Of a DNA stretch of 64,000 nucleotides, positions 1-8,781 are shown piece after piece. The stretch covers positions 22,677-86,676 of the forward strand of contig PLZG01000111.1 in the NCBI GenBank assembly GCA_003152075.1. Reading direction: 5' to 3'. The notes below the pieces were generated by a model, which saw only the letters and a program-made list of their open reading frames with translations, ran no database searches and was not told where the DNA came from. Source of the stretch: a candidate division FCPU426 bacterium (GTDB taxonomy: Bacteria > Oederibacteriota > Muellerivitia > Muellerivitales > Muellerivitaceae). A program made the translations under genes and the position numbers. Within the stretch, counting starts at the first letter, position 1. Each line of letters opens with the position of its first letter.

Positions 1-1461
1 TTTTTAGTCATAGGGGCCCTCACCTTTCCAGGCTACCTATTGCGCCAAACCCTGGACACCGCCGCAATCGCCATGTTTTACCTTCTGGCCCTGGTCGGCA
101 TCGCCGTCTGGCTCGGGCGCGGGCCCGCCATCGCGGCTTCCTTCCTGGGCGTCCTGGCGCTGGACTACTTCATCAATCCCCCTTATTTCAGTTTTACCGT
201 TACCAGTTTCGCGAGTTGGATGACTCTCATCCTTATGCTGGTGGAAAGCCTGGTCATCAGTACCTTAGCCGCCCGCTTGAAGGAACAGGTCCGGTGGGCG
301 GAGGAACGGGAGATTTTCACTTCCCTCCTCTATGACTTGGGGCCCCAAATGGTGGAAGAAGGGGGCGAGGGGTATTTCCTGGAAGCCGTCGAGAGCTACC
401 TGGGCCCCGCCGTGGAAGCGAGAGTTAACGTTTTTTTGGCGGACAGGCAAAACCACCTGCAAATCCTTACCGAGTCATCCGATGGAAACTGGGAAGAAGA
501 CGCGACCCGTTGGGCCTACAGCCATGGTCGGAAAACCGGCATGGGTTTCGGTTCCTACCCTCGTTCCCGGAAACTCTACCTTCCCATGCGCTCTTCTCCC
601 CGAGTCCTTGGGGTTTTGGCTTTCGATTTTCCTGATCCCCGAAAAGCCTTTTCAACCGGACAAATGGGAAGGTTGGAGGGTTTCGCGGCACAGATCGCCG
701 CGGCTTTGGAACGCCACCTCCTTTTCCTCCAAGCCGAGGAACACCGGATAGCCGCCGAGAATGAAAAAAACCGCAGCGCCCTCTTAAGCGCGGTCTCCCA
801 TGACCTGAGGACCCCTCTGACTGGGATCATCGGCGCTTCCAGCAGTCTATTGGAAGACAAGGGAAATTTAAGCCTGGAGTCGCGCGTCCAATTGACCCGA
901 TCCATTTACAATGAGGCGGAACGCATGAAGCAACTGATCCAGAACCTCCTGGACATGACCCGCTTGGAGGCGGGGGCTCTCGTGACTAAAAAGGAATGGG
1001 AGTCCATGGAGGAACTGGTGGGTGCCACCGTGAACCGTCTCATACCCCGGCTCGCTACCCATCCCCTCGCCCTTGATCTCCAGCCGGGACTTCCGCTGGT
1101 CTTCGTGGACGGCCTGCTAGTTGAGCAGCTTTTGTTGAATCTTTTGGAGAACGCCCTCAACCATACCCCCGAGGGAGCTTCCCTCCAATTGTCGGCGAGT
1201 GCCACGGATGGGACCCTGAAATTGGAGGTCGCGGACCGTGGACCGGGGCTGGTTTCGGGGGAGGAAAAATCCATATTCGAGAAATTCACCCAGGGTTATC
1301 ATAGTGGCGGCAAAGGGGCTGGGCTGGGCCTGGCCATCTGCCGGGGAATCGTCCAGTCCCATGGCGGAACCATTGAGGCCTCCAACCGCGAGGGAGGCGG
1401 CGCCCTTTTCACCGTCCACCTTCCCACCGGCGGCCGGCCGCCAGTTCTCCAGGAGGAATAA
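1..1461 (+). CDS. kdpD: KdpD-family sensor histidine kinase, C-terminal part (membrane block, GAF-like linker, HisKA, HATPase_c). The gene is 5'-truncated by the window edge.
   Basis: Frame 1 has no stop from base 1. Membrane block FLGVLALDYFINPPYFSF, H-box SHDLRTPLT, and ATPase boxes DRGPGL and GAGLGLAICRGIV. It is collinear with the C-terminal half of the full-length KdpD at 26051..28735. Confidence 0.8.
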   Translation, partial: FLVIGALTFPGYLLRQTLDTAAIAMFYLLALVGIAVWLGRGPAIAASFLGVLALDYFINPPYFSFTVTSFASWMTLILMLVESLVISTLAARLKEQVRWAEEREIFTSLLYDLGPQMVEEGGEGYFLEAVESYLGPAVEARVNVFLADRQNHLQILTESSDGNWEEDATRWAYSHGRKTGMGFGSYPRSRKLYLPMRSSPRVLGVLAFDFPDPRKAFSTGQMGRLEGFAAQIAAALERHLLFLQAEEHRIAAENEKNRSALLSAVSHDLRTPLTGIIGASSSLLEDKGNLSLESRVQLTRSIYNEAERMKQLIQNLLDMTRLEAGALVTKKEWESMEELVGATVNRLIPRLATHPLALDLQPGLPLVFVDGLLVEQLLLNLLENALNHTPEGASLQLSASATDGTLKLEVADRGPGLVSGEEKSIFEKFTQGYHSGGKGAGLGLAICRGIVQSHGGTIEASNREGGGALFTVHLPTGGRPPVLQEE

Positions 1462-1463
1462 AT

Positions 1464-2162
1464 TTGGAAGTTCCAAAACAAATCATTCTTTGCATCGAGG
1501 ATGAGTCACCCATCCACCTTTTCCTTAAAACCAGCCTTACCGCCAACGGTTATGCCTACCTACAGGCTTTCACGGGAGAGGAGGGATTGGTGCAGGCCGC
1601 CACCCGCAATCCCGACTTGATCCTTTTGGACCTTGGCCTTCCCGACATGGACGGCCTGGAAGTTACTCGCCGCCTGAGGGAATGGTCGAAAAAACCAATC
1701 ATCGTCATTTCCGCCCGTGAGCGGGAAACGGAGAAGGTCGCCGCCTTGGACATGGGGGTAGATGACTACCTTACCAAGCCTTTCGGCGTACCCGAGCTCT
1801 TAGCCCGGATCCGCTCGGCTTTACGTCGCGCCAGCTCTTCCGTTGGCCCTACGGAGGAACCCGTCTTTAAACATGGGGATTTGAAGGTGGACTTGGCCCA
1901 CCGGCGGGTCTGGCACGGGGAGGAGGAAGTCCATTTGACTCCCCGGGAATTCAAACTCTTGGCGGCCCTCGTTCGCCACGCGGGAAAGGTAGTTACTCAG
2001 CGCCAGCTATTAACCGAAATTTGGGGAGAGGCCTACGTCAACCAGACCCATTACCTACGAGTGCATATGAATAACCTGCGGCAGAAATTAGAAAAGGACT
2101 CTGGCCGGCCTCAACATTTTCTGACTGAGCCAGGCGTGGGCTACCGTTTAGCGGTGGATTGA
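1464..2162 (+). CDS. kdpE: OmpR/KdpE-family response regulator
   Basis: Receiver motifs ILLDLGLPDMDG and DDYLTKPF. Winged-helix C-terminus LTPREFKLL...GVGYRL. TTG start 2 nt after the kinase stop. Paralogue of 28728..29423. Confidence 0.85.
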   Translation: MEVPKQIILCIEDESPIHLFLKTSLTANGYAYLQAFTGEEGLVQAATRNPDLILLDLGLPDMDGLEVTRRLREWSKKPIIVISARERETEKVAALDMGVDDYLTKPFGVPELLARIRSALRRASSSVGPTEEPVFKHGDLKVDLAHRRVWHGEEEVHLTPREFKLLAALVRHAGKVVTQRQLLTEIWGEAYVNQTHYLRVHMNNLRQKLEKDSGRPQHFLTEPGVGYRLAVD

Positions 2163-2178
2163 GATTTGAATCTTGTCG

Positions 2179-2345
2179 TTTAGAAAAAAATAAAAGTGAT
2201 CAATATAAAAACCGGGATCAGGACAGCCCCGGGCCGAAGTATTTACAGGCCCGAAGGAAGGCATCTTCATTGCGGTTGGCAATTAATAACTTATGTATGG
2301 TTTGAATATTTGAAATGATTGCGCTTGAAAAACCATTATCCAGCT
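2179..2345 (-). pseudogene. Decayed tandem duplicate of the 3' end of the permease gene at 2346..3704
   Basis: The reverse strand reads ..MKMPSFG, then a frameshift and an in-frame TAA, then GAVLIPVFILITFIFF*. The true C-terminus is ..VKMPSFGGYMLWSGAVLIPVFTLITFIFF*. Both DNA copies start TTTAGAAAAAAATAAAAGT on the plus strand. Confidence 0.7.
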
Positions 2346-3704
2346 TTAGAAAAAAATAAAAGTAATCAGGGTAAATACTGGGATCAGAACGGCCCCGGAC
2401 CAGAGCATGTATCCCCCAAAAGAAGGCATCTTCACTCGGGCCTGCTCGGCGATGGCGCGAACCATGAAATTGGGTCCGTTGCCGATATAGGTATTGGCTC
2501 CCATAAAGGATGCCCCACAAGAAATGGCAGCCAAGAGGTTCGGGAACCTGGCCGCTAAGTCACCCAAGTGGTTAGGATTGATGCCGTTTTGTCCCGCCGC
2601 CAGCACCGCGTAGCTCAAGTAGGTCGGGGCGTTATCCAAGAAACTACTAAGAATTCCGGAAGCCCAGAAGAACTGCCAGGGATGGGTCAAGGCGATGGTT
2701 GGCCCTTTGGCTTCCAAGATGGCCAACGAGGGGATCATGGCCCCGAAAATACCGAAAAACAACACTCCCACTTCCACCATGGGCCCAAAGGAAAACTGGT
2801 TTTCCTCGTGGATGTTGGGAGCAGTGGTCTTATAAGAGAGATAAGCCAGCAGGGACATGAGGATGATTTGGAATAATTTTGAGGCCGTTTCGGCCTGTGC
2901 GGCCCAATGGGCATCCAGCCAGGGGTTAAGCCAATAGCTGGATCCTAAGGCAATAAGCATGATCGCCAGAAGGTAAAAAACGTTCGACCATCCTTCGATA
3001 TGAATGGGCTGTTCAGCCTCCTGGATGGCTTGGATGAGGGAGCCCCGGATATGGGTTTCTTCCCCGTCGAAGATCTTATCGTCGATCAGGTGGAAAATAA
3101 AAAGCAGGATCAGGATCGTGAGGGACCATTCGGTGATAAGCCGGAAAGTCCAGAGGAAGGGCACCCCCCTGAGGAACCCCAGGAACAGCGGCGGATTTCC
3201 CAAGGGCATTAAAATACCGCCGCAGTTGGAAACGATGAAAATAAAAAAAACCACTACGTGGGATTTGTGCCGTCTTAACTGGTTGGCTCGAAGCAGGGGA
3301 CGGATCAGCACCATGCTGGCGCCGGTGGTGCCCAGCAGGCTGGCAAGGATACCGCCGAACCCCAGGAACAGGGTGTTGATATAGGGCAAGCCCGCGAAAG
3401 CCCCTGAAATGTGGATGCCGCCGCTGGCGGTGAAAAAGGCCCCCATCAAAACCATAAAGGATAAATAATCTAGATAGGTTTGAAAAATCTTGGAAACGTC
3501 CCCCGTAGGATGGAGGTAGAGGAAGACACCCGAGCCGGCGCAAAGGGCGGCCGTCAGGAATTTGTTTCCCATCTTTTCCCACCAGCCGGCCGTGAAGGAA
3601 ATGAACGGAAGAACGGCGATGAGGACCAGCAAAAGCCCGAAAGGAAGGAAATTCAAGGACACCATTCCCCAGCTCATTTGCTGCCAATAAAGCATTGAAC
3701 TCAT
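2346..3704 (-). CDS. ArsB/NhaD/CitMHS-superfamily ion permease (putative Na+/H+ antiporter-like; substrate unknown)
   Basis: 452 aa and polytopic. Motifs GASMVLIRPLL and SNCGGILMPLGNPPLFLGF are typical of this permease superfamily. Confidence 0.65.
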   Translation of the reverse strand: MSSMLYWQQMSWGMVSLNFLPFGLLLVLIAVLPFISFTAGWWEKMGNKFLTAALCAGSGVFLYLHPTGDVSKIFQTYLDYLSFMVLMGAFFTASGGIHISGAFAGLPYINTLFLGFGGILASLLGTTGASMVLIRPLLRANQLRRHKSHVVVFFIFIVSNCGGILMPLGNPPLFLGFLRGVPFLWTFRLITEWSLTILILLFIFHLIDDKIFDGEETHIRGSLIQAIQEAEQPIHIEGWSNVFYLLAIMLIALGSSYWLNPWLDAHWAAQAETASKLFQIILMSLLAYLSYKTTAPNIHEENQFSFGPMVEVGVLFFGIFGAMIPSLAILEAKGPTIALTHPWQFFWASGILSSFLDNAPTYLSYAVLAAGQNGINPNHLGDLAARFPNLLAAISCGASFMGANTYIGNGPNFMVRAIAEQARVKMPSFGGYMLWSGAVLIPVFTLITFIFF

Positions 3705-3723
3705 AAAACCCTTTCAAAATCCT

Positions 3724-3766
3724 GTCATTGCGAGGAATACCCGCCGCATAGGCGGGTGTTAATGAC
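3724..3766. repeat. Compound hairpin GTCATT..ACCCGCC-GCATA-GGCGGGT..AATGAC between the PII operon and the permease gene
   Basis: Outer 6-bp and inner 7-bp complementary arms read directly. The GTCATTGCGAGGAA-type opening resembles the arm of the hairpin at 17917..17990. Confidence 0.4.
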
Positions 3767-3844
3767 GAAGCAACCCCAGTTTAAATAAGTCTTCTTTGGC
3801 ACCTTGGTTGTTCGCTTTTAATTCATAATTTAAAATTCAAAATT

Positions 3845-3881
3845 GTTGTGGCCTAACCGCGCCTCGCGGTTAGGCCACAAC
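3845..3881 (-). terminator. Rho-independent-type terminator of the amtB/PII unit
   Basis: 17-bp perfect stem (GTTGTGGCCTAACCGCG / CGCGGTTAGGCCACAAC) that includes the PII stop codon. A T-rich tract (CAATTTTGAATTTT) follows on the minus strand. Confidence 0.6.
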
Positions 3882-4211
3882 CGTGTCGCCCTCTTCCCCG
3901 CTGCTGATTTTGTAGGCCTGCTCGATCCGGTGGACGAATATCTTCCCGTCCCCCGTTTTTCCCGTCCGCGCGGATTCCAAAATAGCCTTAACCATTTTTT
4001 CCGCCAAATCGTCCACGACAACGATTTCCAACTTGATCTTATCAATCAGTTCGGTTTTGAATTTCTTTCCGAACCAGTTGTGCTCGATGCCCTTCTGTTT
4101 CCCGTGGCCCTTTACCTCGGTGATGGTGATGCCCGGGTAGCCGGCCTCGGCCAAGGCGGCCCGGACTTCCTCGAACTTCCCCGGTTGGATGATGGCCTCA
4201 ATTTTTGTCAT
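3870..4211 (-). CDS. PII signal-transduction protein, paralogue 2 (Phe at T-loop position 51)
   Basis: 113 aa. MTKIEAIIQP.., GHGKQKG T-loop base, and GDGKIFV B-loop signature. Position 51 is F (..WFGKKFKTE..). Confidence 0.9.
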   Translation of the reverse strand: MTKIEAIIQPGKFEEVRAALAEAGYPGITITEVKGHGKQKGIEHNWFGKKFKTELIDKIKLEIVVVDDLAEKMVKAILESARTGKTGDGKIFVHRIEQAYKISSGEEGDTVVA

Positions 4212-4331
4212 TCCAAACCCCAGTTGACGGTCGACAGCTCAAAGCCGACAGATGACTACCCACAAACAGACGAATGATTCAGGATTTGAAGTCTTTGCTG
4301 CGAACTGTCGACTGCGGACCGCCAACTGCCG

Positions 4332-4673
4332 TTAGGAAACAGCCGTATCTCCCGACTCCCCGCTGCTGATTCGGTAGGCATCGTCAATGGTGTAAACGAA
4401 GATTTTTCCGTCCCCCACTTGGCCCGACGAGGCGCTGGTCAGGATGGCTTTCACCAGCTTGTCGATGTCGGCGCTAGGCGCGACAATCTCCAGCTTCAGT
4501 TTGGGCAGGAACTCCACTTTGTATTTATAACCCTTCCATTGCTGGGAAAGACCCTTTTGCTTGCCGTGCCCTTCGACCTCGGTGAGGGTAACCCCGGTAT
4601 AACCGGCTTCCTCAAGGGCTTTCTTTACGGTGTCAAACTTATCGGGCCGGATGATAGCTTCAATCTTTTTCAC
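4332..4673 (-). CDS. glnK: PII signal-transduction protein GlnK/GlnB-like, paralogue 1 (Tyr51 retained)
   Basis: 113 aa. MKKIEAIIRP.., T-loop GHGKQKGLSQQWKGYKYKVEFLPK with Y51, and GDGKIFV. GTG start preceded by AAGGAG. Confidence 0.9.
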   Translation of the reverse strand: MKKIEAIIRPDKFDTVKKALEEAGYTGVTLTEVEGHGKQKGLSQQWKGYKYKVEFLPKLKLEIVAPSADIDKLVKAILTSASSGQVGDGKIFVYTIDDAYRISSGESGDTAVS

Positions 4674-4947
4674 GGAATCTCCTTAATAGAAAAGACTTAA
4701 ACAGAACCTATTGAGAGGCTGCAGAAAGACTTAACAATAGTGCTACAAAGCAGCCTCTAACCCCAAAAATTCCGCAGGAATTGTGGGGTTTCCAAAACTC
4801 GTCAGTTGAAAAAATCTGGTTTAGAGATTTTTTTAACAGCCTTTATTTACCACCAAGACACCAAGTCACCAAGGAAAATGGATTTAAGAAACCAAAAATC
4901 GTAACTTTCCGAATGTCTTCGTGTTTTGAGGGTGAACCACCGGGAAT

Positions 4948-4975
4948 GAAAAGGCCCCCAAATGGGGGCCTTTTT
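4948..4975 (-). terminator. Intrinsic terminator hairpin directly downstream of amtB (bidirectional shape)
   Basis: GGCCCCC-AAAT-GGGGGCC flanked by A5 and T5. It lies about 30 nt after the amtB stop. Confidence 0.6.
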
Positions 4976-5003
4976 CAAACTTTCGCCTCAACAAACCAAC
5001 TGA

Positions 5004-6635
5004 TTACTTCGAATTAACGTTCTCGGAGGCCGGATCCATCTTGATTCCACAATAGCCCACCGAACCCATTTCAGGAATGTCCAACCCATCGATTTCAGTC
5101 TTGGGATCGACACGGTTCCCGACCAACATATCGGTGGCCTTGAACACGATGAAGGACAAGACAGACAGGGTGACGAAGCAAGTGAAACACCCTATACATT
5201 GGGCCACGAACTGGGAAGAATCGCCGTAGAACAACCCGGTTAAACCCTTGCCCGCCACGCCCATGTACTTGTCAGCGCCCACTCCGTTCCAACCTTGGCC
5301 GTAGGTACCATCGGCGAAAAGGCCGAGGGAAAGAACTCCCCAAGCTCCGTTGGCGCCATGAACTGAAATAGCCCCGACCGGATCGTCAACCTTGAGGGTG
5401 CGTTCCACGAAGAAGCAGGATTCAACCACCAGGATGCCCGAAACCAAACCGATAATGCAGGCGCCCGGAGCGTTCACGAAGGCGCAGGGTGCCGTGATGG
5501 CCACCAAGCCCGCCAACATTCCGTTCACCATCATTCCTGGATCAGGCTTGTTGCCGCGAACGAACCAGATATAGAGCATGGAAGCCAAAGCGCCAGTGGC
5601 CGAGGCCAGCATGGTGTTGACCGCCACGACCGAGATGCGCAAGTCCGCGCCGGCCAGGGTGGAACCGGGGTTGAACCCAAACCAGCCGAAGGCCAGGATG
5701 AAACAACCGGCGATCGCCATCGGCATATTGTGCGCCGGGATGGTGTTGGCCGATCCGTTTTTGTTGTACTTGCCGATGCGGGGCCCGATGATGATGGCGC
5801 CGATCAAAGCGATCACGCCGCCCTGCATATGAACCACTGAGGAACCGGCGAAGTCGCTGTAGCCGTGGCCCAGGCCGAAGTTCACGCCGAGCTGTGACAA
5901 CCAGCCGCCGCCCCAGACCCAGTTACCGAACACGGGATACATGATGGTTCCGATAGCCGCTCCATAGAGGCAGAAAGAAGACCATTTCCAGCGTTCCGCC
6001 ATAGCTCCCGTCGGGATGGTGGCCGTGGTATCCATGAACACCATTTGGAACAGGAAGAGGGTGAAGACGCCAACGTCATAAGCTGGGCCCGTCAGGAAAT
6101 ACCCGACATTGCCGAGCATTCCAAAAGGCTTGCCCAGGATGGTCCAGGTGATCTCATTGCTGAGGCCAGCGTAACCGCCCAAGGTTCCCAAGGATCCCAA
6201 ACCGCCGAACATGAAGGCGAAACCGCAAACATAGAAGCCCAACATGCCGAAGGGATAGATCATGAAATTCATGGTCATGGTGTGGTTCACGTTTTTGGCG
6301 CGGGTCATGCCCGTTTCCACCATGGCGAACCCCGCCTGCATGAACATAACCAAGAAGCCCGTGATCAAGGTCCACATGATGTTGATAGCGACGCGGTTAT
6401 GGCCGACAGCCGCCGCCAATTCCAACGTGGTCGGATTTTTGATGTCCTTGAAGCTATTGAAGGACGTCAAGTCCGAGATTCCGCCGGTGGCCGACCCATT
6501 GGGGTCCGCCGCTTGCGGGGCCGGCGCGGCTGCCGGAGCCGCCGTCTGGGCGTTTACCACCATCGGCACGCTGAGCGCCATTAGGTAGTAAAGCATCAGC
6601 CCGATGCTCCCTATCTTTCTAATTTTAGCTAACAT
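5004..6635 (-). CDS. amtB: Ammonium transporter (Amt family) with a cleavable signal peptide and an Ala/Pro-rich N-terminal extension
   Basis: 543 aa. AGFAMVETG, SVVHMQGG and GFNPGST motifs. AAGGAGG lies upstream of the ATG. Confidence 0.95.
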   Translation of the reverse strand: MLAKIRKIGSIGLMLYYLMALSVPMVVNAQTAAPAAAPAPQAADPNGSATGGISDLTSFNSFKDIKNPTTLELAAAVGHNRVAINIMWTLITGFLVMFMQAGFAMVETGMTRAKNVNHTMTMNFMIYPFGMLGFYVCGFAFMFGGLGSLGTLGGYAGLSNEITWTILGKPFGMLGNVGYFLTGPAYDVGVFTLFLFQMVFMDTTATIPTGAMAERWKWSSFCLYGAAIGTIMYPVFGNWVWGGGWLSQLGVNFGLGHGYSDFAGSSVVHMQGGVIALIGAIIIGPRIGKYNKNGSANTIPAHNMPMAIAGCFILAFGWFGFNPGSTLAGADLRISVVAVNTMLASATGALASMLYIWFVRGNKPDPGMMVNGMLAGLVAITAPCAFVNAPGACIIGLVSGILVVESCFFVERTLKVDDPVGAISVHGANGAWGVLSLGLFADGTYGQGWNGVGADKYMGVAGKGLTGLFYGDSSQFVAQCIGCFTCFVTLSVLSFIVFKATDMLVGNRVDPKTEIDGLDIPEMGSVGYCGIKMDPASENVNSK

Positions 6636-6767
6636 ACTTCCTCCTTAGTTTTCGGGCTCCCTCATCAGGAGTCCGTCTTTCCCGACCCAACACTTCCACC
6701 CTCCCACGGAGGGAACTTCCTTCAACACCACTCAGGGCACAAACAGCCCAACAATCTGCCAGAGAAA

Positions 6768-6783
6768 AGCAAGCCTCGTGCCA
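6768..6783 (-). promoter_or_regulatory. Sigma54 (-24/-12) promoter of amtB
   Basis: The minus strand reads TGGCAC-GAGGC-TTGCT, a full match to TGGCAC-N5-TTGCW. It lies about 135 nt upstream of the amtB ATG. Confidence 0.75.
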
Positions 6784-7108
6784 CACATCAAGAAATCGTA
6801 AAAATAAGTAAAAATGCCGTTAATATGGCGTTGGGATTAATAAATATTTTGTAAAATTATTCCGTTTTCAAGTACAAATATGTAGATATTTACAAGAAAG
6901 GGGTTTTTGCCTAATTTTATCGAATCTTTAAAGTCTCCCCAAAAGCGGTTACCCCGCCTTTTTTGAAAAACAAAGTTGGAATGGCTTTTTTCGCCTTTTT
7001 GTTTTTAAACGGCTGTTAGAATCGTTGGGCATTTAAGACAAGACCCTTTGCTTTCAAATTCGAGAGAATGTTTCGGCCAGCACATAACTTAATTACCGGA
7101 GTTTTAAG

Positions 7109-7672
7109 ATGAAACTGGGAATGATGTTTTACCGCTTTGGAGCCATGGGCCTGCTTTTCTCGCCCGGTGTTTTTTTTGAGGAACCCGTTAAAACCTACCT
7201 GGCCCAGAACCACTCGGCCCTGACAACCCTGCTCCTGCTTTACGGCTTTCCCGTCTTGGTGGGTTTTACACTTTTGATGTTAACCGAGGATTTCTTCCGC
7301 AGGATCGATAGCCGAATTGCCCTATTGGTCAAGGCCCTTTCGGCCCTGACCATATTTTGGTTCATTCTTTGGTGGGTTATCTGGGGCTCCATGGCCCCCC
7401 CCAATAGCGCGGACTTGTTTTTAAAGTATCTGACATACCTGAACTCCGTGGGCCTGGCCCTCGGACTAGCCTTCTTCATTTGGGCTTTGACATCCTCATC
7501 GGCGGGTAAAGGCGTCACCCGCTTCATTATGGCCGCCGGCTGGATGATCAGCTATACCTCCGCCGTCAGCCTTCACGTTCAGCCCACCCTGCGGCATTTC
7601 ATGGGCCCAGGAGTTGGGGGACTTTTACTCCTCCTCGGCGCGATCTTCATCGCTCAGGATTTGAAGGATTAG
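7109..7672 (+). CDS. Hypothetical polytopic membrane protein
   Basis: 187 aa with 5-6 hydrophobic helices. GGAG lies upstream of the ATG. No recognisable family. Confidence 0.5.
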   Translation: MKLGMMFYRFGAMGLLFSPGVFFEEPVKTYLAQNHSALTTLLLLYGFPVLVGFTLLMLTEDFFRRIDSRIALLVKALSALTIFWFILWWVIWGSMAPPNSADLFLKYLTYLNSVGLALGLAFFIWALTSSSAGKGVTRFIMAAGWMISYTSAVSLHVQPTLRHFMGPGVGGLLLLLGAIFIAQDLKD

Positions 7673-7728
7673 GTCCTTTCTTAAGGGGCCTGCCCTGGAG
7701 CCTCTGGAAAGCCTACCCGTTTAAGTCT

Positions 7729-8781
7729 TTAAAAAAGCCGATTAAATAAATAACCCATTATTAAAATACTTAACGTTACGACCCCTACAAAAATCACAAT
7801 CAACTTTGGCCTCAATACTTTGTGCAGCATGATGACTTCAGGGAGGGAAAGGGCGGTTGTCGCCATCATGAAGGCCAAGGTTGTTCCCAAAGCCGATCCC
7901 TTGGCAAGTAAAGCCTGGAGCATGGGAATCATGGCCGCCGAGTTTGAATAGACTGGAACCCCAATTGAGATCGCCATCGGAACCGACCACCAGGCCGATT
8001 TCCCCAATAAAACCACTATGAGGCTTTCAGGTACAAAAGCATGAATGCCCGCGCCCAAAAGCATACCCGCCAGAATGTAGAGCCATACTGCGCCTACGAT
8101 GTCCCACGCGGCTTTCCGACCCCTCTTCATTCTTTCGGGCCAGGAAAGATGTCTTTCGGCGATAACCTTGGCCGCGAGGACCTGGTGAACCCAAGGCTCC
8201 ACTTGGTCGTCCATTGACATCAAGCCAATAAGGTTTCCCGTGGTCAGGGCAACGGTCAGGCCAGTGACCAAATAAACACCCGCTACTTTCCAACCCAGCA
8301 AGCCGAAAAGCAGGATGAGGGTGACCTCATTCACCAGGGGTGCGGCGACCAGGAACGTAAAGGCCACTCCGAGGGGTATGCCCGCCGTGACAAAACCAAT
8401 AAAGAAGGGTACGACGGAACAGGAGTCCAGAGGGGCAAGAATGCCCAAAAGGGCCGCCCGAAAATGCCCGGTCCTATGCCCCTTGACCATGAGTAACCGA
8501 TGTATTTGATCTTTTGAGAAGAAGGTCTGGACGGTGCCCATGACGAAGATAATCAGGGCCAGGAGCATGAGAACTTGGGGGAACTCCAACGCGAAGTACT
8601 CCACAGCGTTGGCCAGGGGCGAATCGGCTTTTAGGCCAAGCCAATCGCGGGTCAAGAGATGGGAGAAAGCTGGAAGGCTTAGGTAATCCGTGAGCCAGAG
8701 TGAAAAACCTAAGGCCAAAACTAGCCAGGCTGAAAAAGTTTTGTGGGAATTAACGGGGGTGGAAGGAGGAAGAGTCTCCAT
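7729..8781 (-). CDS. UPF0718/YraQ-type predicted permease
   Basis: 350 aa and polytopic. VAFTFLVAAPLVNEVTLILL-type motif. Its start abuts the stop of the upstream GT9 gene (TAAATG). Confidence 0.6.
   Translation of the reverse strand: METLPPSTPVNSHKTFSAWLVLALGFSLWLTDYLSLPAFSHLLTRDWLGLKADSPLANAVEYFALEFPQVLMLLALIIFVMGTVQTFFSKDQIHRLLMVKGHRTGHFRAALLGILAPLDSCSVVPFFIGFVTAGIPLGVAFTFLVAAPLVNEVTLILLFGLLGWKVAGVYLVTGLTVALTTGNLIGLMSMDDQVEPWVHQVLAAKVIAERHLSWPERMKRGRKAAWDIVGAVWLYILAGMLLGAGIHAFVPESLIVVLLGKSAWWSVPMAISIGVPVYSNSAAMIPMLQALLAKGSALGTTLAFMMATTALSLPEVIMLHKVLRPKLIVIFVGVVTLSILIMGYLFNRLF

Noticed and set aside
3797-3812. Plus-strand TGGCAC-N5-TTGT sigma54-like strings here and at 10153..10168 (TGGCACGTTCACGGCG).
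   Set aside because: The -12 elements deviate from the TTGC consensus (TTGT at 3797; CGGC at 10153, which keeps only the GC dinucleotide). No plus-strand gene lies downstream, since they face the antisense of the PII genes or the inside of an ORF.
3870-4673. Reading the PII pair as NifI1/NifI2 nitrogenase regulators, or as DarA/PstA c-di-AMP receptors.
   Set aside because: No nif genes are nearby, and neither protein has the enlarged NifI2 T-loop. Both carry the GlnB/K GDGKIFV signature rather than DarA-like sequence.
6650-6668. A hammerhead-ribozyme-like CUGAUGA...GAAA string in the amtB leader (minus strand CTGATGAGGGAGCCCGAAA).
   Set aside because: Stem II would be only 3 bp with a 2-nt loop. 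I could not find complementary strands for stems I and III or a cleavage-site context.
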